Source of the DNA: the human T2T-CHM13v2.0 reference genome, Homo sapiens | Strand: one strand, 5' to 3' | Assembly (NCBI RefSeq): GCF_009914755.1 | Contig: NC_060926.1 | Length of the DNA stretch: 64,000 nt | Shown: in pieces, positions 57,840-64,000 of the stretch | How positions within the stretch are numbered: the first letter of the stretch is position 1 | How the letters are laid out: the number at the start of each line of letters is the position of its first letter | Made by a program: the position numbers and the translations under genes | Notes under the pieces: generated by a model | Told to the model about the DNA's origin: nothing | The model's database searches: none | What the model saw: the letters and a program-made list of their open reading frames with translations, nothing else

Positions 57840-58859
57840 TAGTAGAAAATACAAACTCCTACCCGTGGACTATTGGGGCTATCACGATCTGGGCTCTGCA
57901 TCTCCATCTTCTCATGCCAATCCCATCCTCTGCCTCCCCAACCCCATCGCCCTTCCTCCTGCATGGCTGCAGCCACACCTGGCTTCTTCTCTTTAATATT
58001 CCTACCATGCCTGCCCCACAGGACCTCTGCAGGAGCTGCTCTCTCTGGGGTGTGCACTTCTGGCTCAGGGCAAGGATCCATCTTTCTCACCCTTCAGGCT
58101 GTGTGTAGATAGATGTCCCTCTGTAGTGAGGTCCTCACTATCCAGCTCATTACGCTTCACTTCGGCACCCTGTCCAGACCCTTCACAGTCAGCTGCCAGC
58201 TGTGTTTTCTTATTTATTGGTGCTCATCCAGTCCAGTCCTGGATGGGACTGCCTGCCTCATGAGGGCAGGAGCTTTGCCTTCTCCTCTCCCAGAACCTCC
58301 CTGATGTGGTTGCTTGGACACGTGGGCCACCCTCCCAACACCAGACTATCGCAGGGTGCGGGAAGGGCTGGGGCCGCCGCAGGCCTTGAGGATCGCCATG
58401 TTTCCTTCTCTAGTTTTTGAGACATTGGTGAAGATCCTCTGCCTGCTTCTAGCACACACATCCTGACCTCCTTCTGCCTTCAAGACACAAGATGGCGCTT
58501 TAAGCCTTGTTGTTAAGAAAGAGGACTACAAACGCTTGAGTTTCTTCCCTCTGCTCGCTCTCAGACGTGGCTTGCGAGGGGATTTGTGGGGTCCACCTCT
58601 CCACAGCTTGGTGGGTGGGTTCCGTCCTCCTCCTCGGACAGGGCAGGACCAGCAGCCAATCACTCCTTCCTGCCAGAGAAGGAAGTGGCGCTCAAACTGT
58701 TTTTCTGACATCAGTAATATCTGCCTACACTCCTCCAGCAGGCATCTCTGAAACATCAGTTTTGGGTGATTGGTCTAAGCCAAGCACCTTTGATAGCAAG
58801 GGTAAGCCCGCTATCCTTTGCTGGAGATGGGCATGGAGAGGGCATGTGAAGAGTGCCAG

Positions 58860-58915
58860 ACCAGGCGTTGACAAGCTATGGCTCATGAGAAGAATGGAGT
58901 GTACATTTTTAAAGG

Positions 58916-58997
<82 letters not shown>

Positions 58998-59595
58998 TAT
59001 GCTGCAGAGATCATATGTGACCTGACAAGCCTAAAATACTCACTATCTGGTCCTTTATAGGAAATGCTTACTGACCTCTGGTCTAAACACTGAGAGGTAA
59101 GGGACCTCTGCTGCACCGCCCTGGAGGGATTTTTGATCCCTAAATAAGAAGAGGTGAGGAGGAAGCCTGCCCTTCCTCCTGGCCTGAATGTGCTTCTGAG
59201 AGGCAGTCAAGCCTGGAACTGTGGCAGCCGGCTTGTGACCATGAAGAAACCAGCCCAAGAAGAAAGGCCAACCTGCCAAGGAGGGAACAGGAGCCTGGGG
59301 CCTCGAGGACTTTGCTGAGCCTTCGTGTGACCCTGGAGCCACCTTCCTCTGGAGTTCTTGTGATGGCAGATAATTCAATGTTGTCATTGTTCAAGCCAGG
59401 GGTGGGCGAACTTTTTCCATAAAGGGCCACATGGAAAACATTTTAGGCTCTGTGTGGGCCATGAGATCTCTGTTGGCACTACAACCCTAAAAACAACCAT
59501 AGACAATGTGTAAATGAATGGGTACACCTATGTTCCAATAAAACTTTATAAAAATAGATGGTGGGCTGAATTTGGCCCTGAGGGCCAGAGTTTGC
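58860..59595. mobile_element. Two MER58-type hAT MITEs (58860-59080 containing (CT)n(CA)n; 59397-59595)
   Basis: caggggtgggcgaactttttccataaagggcc; tgttccaataaaacttta; ctatctggtcctttataggaaa motifs. Confidence 0.7.
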
Positions 59596-60639
59596 TGTGT
59601 ATTTTGTTTGTTTGTTTGTTACTTGCAGCTGACCTATCCTAACTAGTACTCCCTGAAGTCTGCCTCAGCTCAGAAGCGTCCTTGGGTTCCAAGCCACAGG
59701 GGCTAAGCTTGAGTGCGGGTGGGGTCTGCAGCAGGGTGGTGGGAGGGATAAGCACATAAAGGCCCACACATTGATCTGCCCTTTCTATGGTCCAGGTCGT
59801 GCTTTCCTGCAATATCTTCTCATCATGGGCCTAGCAATCATGATGGGAAGGCCCCACTTTAAGAGAATGCTTTCAGCATTTCCAGGCGGTCCCTGCTTGC
59901 CCTCAACACTACATGTAGGCCTCAGCTTCCACACCTAGCATGTTTGTTAAGCAAGACTAAGCCACATGAAGCAACAGGGCAAGGGGAGGGCCCTTGTGTT
60001 CTCAGGGTCCCACGGCAGAAGTGTGGTTCCGGGAGAAATGGGGGAGTGTGCCCTCCCCTGAACAAGCATATTCCCTCAGTGTGGAGGAGCCCCTCCAAAA
60101 TTTACAAGTGCTGTGATGACACGATGCTCATTCAGACCACCGGCTGCAGACAGATTGCAGAAATACGTAAGGGCTCTGTCCTTGGAGGTAGGATCTGGTT
60201 GCTCCTTGTTCCCTAAGCTTGGCCCTGAAGGGAGGGCAGGATTCCAGCCAGAGTGAATGAAGAGTGAGGCTTTGGGGAAGGGCTCAGATTGCCCCTCGTG
60301 CTTGTGTTCAGATTCCTGCTGATTGGTTGTTCCCCAGGGAGACGAGGCTTCAAGGCCAGGTCTCTGCTCTGAGTTAACTTCACCACCCTGCACCTTGGTG
60401 GCAGTAAGAGAGTGACCTCAAAGGGCCGCTGAGAGAATTGAGGTGGATGCCTGTACAGCTCTAGGTATGGCACCCATTCCGGCCCCCTGGCAAGCTCTTA
60501 CTACGGTTGCAGGTGTAATTTCCAGTCTCTGCCTCCAGGGATTGCTGCTGAGCACAGACACGTTTCTCTGCTCACAGAGTGAGGCCGCCAAGATGATTCT
60601 CAGATCTCTGGTTCTGTATACAGCCCAGATAGCCTGTGA

Positions 60640-61090
60640 AAGGGGGAATGATAACTCCCAAAGATGTCCACGTCCTAACCTCCAGAACTAGTGAATGGGA
60701 TGTTGGCAGAAGAGACTCTGTGGATGAGATTACTTCAAAGATTTGCGACGGGGAGACTATTGTGGGTTATCTGTGTGGATACGCAATGTCATCACAAAGT
60801 GTCCTTATAGATGAAGAGGGAGGCAGAGGAGATTCGACTACAGAAGAGAAGGTGATGTGACCGTGGAGGCAGAGATTGGAGTGATGTGCCCACAATTCAC
60901 AATGCCAGCAGCCACCAAAGAGGCAAGGAATGGATTCTCCTCTAGGGCTTCTACCAAGGGTCCTGGCAACACCTCAGTTTTAGTCCAGGAAGACTCGTTT
61001 TGGATTTGTGACCTCCAGAACTATGAGAGAATACATCTGTGTTGTTTGAAGCTGCAAGGTTTGCAGTAGTGTGTTAGAGCAGCGTGGAAA
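60640..61090 (+). mobile_element. MLT1-type LTR
   Basis: cccaaagatgtccacgtcctaa; ggcagagattggagtgatg; gacctccagaactatgagagaata. Confidence 0.78.
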
Positions 61091-61139
61091 ATCCATTGAG
61101 TCCCATTGCCCTGCTTTTTATGCCTTGTACAAAAGCAGA

Positions 61140-61925
<786 letters not shown>

Positions 61926-62484
61926 AAAAAACAAAAAACAAAAGCAGAAAAGAGGGCAAATGAGAGTCGGGGACTGTGATCTCATTTTGCCCAGGATGAA
62001 GCTGGGTGACCCGGGTACAGAGCAAGCCCCTTGGCTTCTTGAGCTCCCATGTGCAGAGTGAGGGGCGGATGCAGGGGCAGGGTGTGACTTTGATGAACAT
62101 TCCCTCCAGGTGGCTCTGCCCTCGGCCCCCTCTCAGGATTGTTTGTAGCTCTTTGCCTCTTCTTGGCCATTTGGAGTTTTCAGGGGCCCTACTAGGTCCT
62201 CTTGACTTCTCACTTTGCTCTCCTTGGTGGTCTAATTCATGGCCAAGGGCCTACCTGCCGTCCAGACACTGCTTTTCAACCTGACCTCTCAGCTCCAGGC
62301 TGGTTATTTCCAACAGCCTACTTGGGTGTCTCAAAGGCACTTTACACTCAATGTGTCCAACACTGAACTCAAGGCTCCCGGCATCGCCAGTTATCCCTCC
62401 ACATTTCCAACCCTATGGATTGCACTAGCGTCTGTCCATTATGCAGGCCAGGCTGCAAAGGCTGTCTCAACGCTGCCCTTATGC

Positions 62485-63116
62485 TGTCGGGGCTTAGAAC
62501 ATGACACCCCAAAGCATGGTGCCTCAGCCTGAGTATTTTGAACTGAAGGACATTGGAAGGAACTCAGAAGCAAGGTCTTTCCAACCTTCTCCTCATACCC
62601 TCTCTTCTGCTTGCCTTCATCCTCCAAAGTGAGTCACAGAAACCAGAATTTATCTTCCTCAAGATGGGTCATAGAACCTAGAAACCCTCCTGCTAAAGCA
62701 AACCATAAAACCTAGAAAGGTCACTCTCTATCTTCTCCTTCTCCTTTGAAAACTCTCATTTCAGAAAGGGTCCTGCCCCATACCCAGGAGGAATGGAGGC
62801 TACACAGAGAGGCTGAGAAGAATCTGAGCAGACAGTTTTGCTGGGTCCCCTTTCAGTCTGTTCCCAGTAGGTCATACCCGTTTGTCCAATCACATTTCTA
62901 TCTAGCTGTCCATTCTTCATCTAATCTAAGCATAAAAATTAACAGTTTTCCCTGGGCCTTTGGGTTGTCATTTCTGAAGCCTCCCATGTCACATAAAACT
63001 TGGATTAAATAAATTTGCTCTGTTTTTCTCTTGTTAATATGTCTTTTGTTATAGGAGTGTTGGCCGTGACCCTTGAGATGGATAAGTAAAGGACTCACAC
63101 CTTCACAGCCCTACAG
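62485..63116 (+). mobile_element. ERV1 solo LTR (MER34/MER39-like)
   Basis: TGTCGGGGCTTAGAACATGACACCCCAAA start, ...ccctaCA end, attaaataaatttg polyA region. Confidence 0.65.
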
Positions 63117-63883
63117 CCCCATCTCCAATAAGTAGCCACACCTGCCACTTCTACCCACAAATACCTGGATTCTGCTCATCTCTTCCCATTGTCATTGCTA
63201 CCACTCAATTCCCTGTCACCGTCATCTCCTGATGGGTCTTCTGGAGCAGCTTCCTCACTCATCTCTCCAGTTCATCCCTTGCTTCTACCAGTCTGTCCTT
63301 GCTATGGTAAAACGGGCATTTGAGAAAGGCAATTACACGGTTACCCCTCCCCTGCTCAGCACTCTCCAATTTGATGGACACCAAAATCCTTGCCTTGGTC
63401 CCCTTGGTCCTGCGTGCCCTCCTCTCTGGCCTCATCTCAAGCCACTGCCCTCGTGCTGCACTCTTCCTCTGTAATCCACACTGCTGGCTTCTTTTCCTTG
63501 AATGTGCTATGCTCCCTCCTGCTGCAGGAGGGCCTTGCACTTGCTGCTTCCTCTTCTTTCTTCTAGTGAATTCCTATTCCTCCTTCAGCTCTCCATTCAA
63601 GCCAGTGCCTCAGGGAAGTCTTCCCTCACCTCTAGACCAGGTCTGGTGTCCCTGCCATGAAGCCTCACAACACCATCCAGCTTTCCTTCCTTGCATCTGT
63701 CATAGCTTTTGATCATACAATGATGTGTGGGACTTTCTGAATAGTGGTCCCTCTTTACCAATTAACTGTGAGCCTCAAGAGGAAGGAATAATGTCTGTTT
63801 GCTCCTCCTCTGTATCCCTAGTGGTGGTAGAAGAGGAGGTCAATAATTATCCTCAAATGAACTAAAATGAATGGATGCTTAGA

Positions 63884-64000
63884 TTTTTTTTTTTTGAGAC
63901 AGGGTCTTGCTCTGTTGCCCAGATGTGATGATCATGGTTCACTGCAGCCTCAACCCCTGGGGCTCAAGTGATCCTCCCACCTCAGCCTCCCAGGTAGCTG
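63884..64000 (-). mobile_element. Alu, truncated by window end
   Basis: polyT plus Alu right arm. Confidence 0.85.

Overview
Primate (human or great-ape) repeat-rich genomic DNA; nothing prokaryotic, and no CRISPR, rRNA or tRNA. The main content is an unprocessed, segmentally duplicated pseudogene copy of OTOP1 (otopetrin-1 proton channel) on the + strand: exons 1, 2, 4, 5 and 6 keep their GT-AG sites (19259-51140), there are frameshifts in exons 1 and 5, and exon 3 could not be found. Upstream lies an orphan 3' end of TMEM128 (last coding exon plus probable 3' UTR exon), OTOP1's native neighbour, cut off near a GC-to-AT composition shift at about 5.9 kb. The rest is Alu, L1, L2/MIR, MaLR/ERV LTRs and DNA transposons, including a near-full-length HSMAR2. 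Most notable observations: (i) the indels compensate each other, leaving two long spliced ORFs (202 aa and 302 aa); (ii) three local inverted duplications with template-switch-like junctions cluster around exon 1/intron 1. OTOP1 and TMEM128 comparisons rely on my recollection of the human proteins, and repeat boundaries and subfamilies are by-eye estimates. I found no convincing wholly new biological system; the best candidates are listed as findings.
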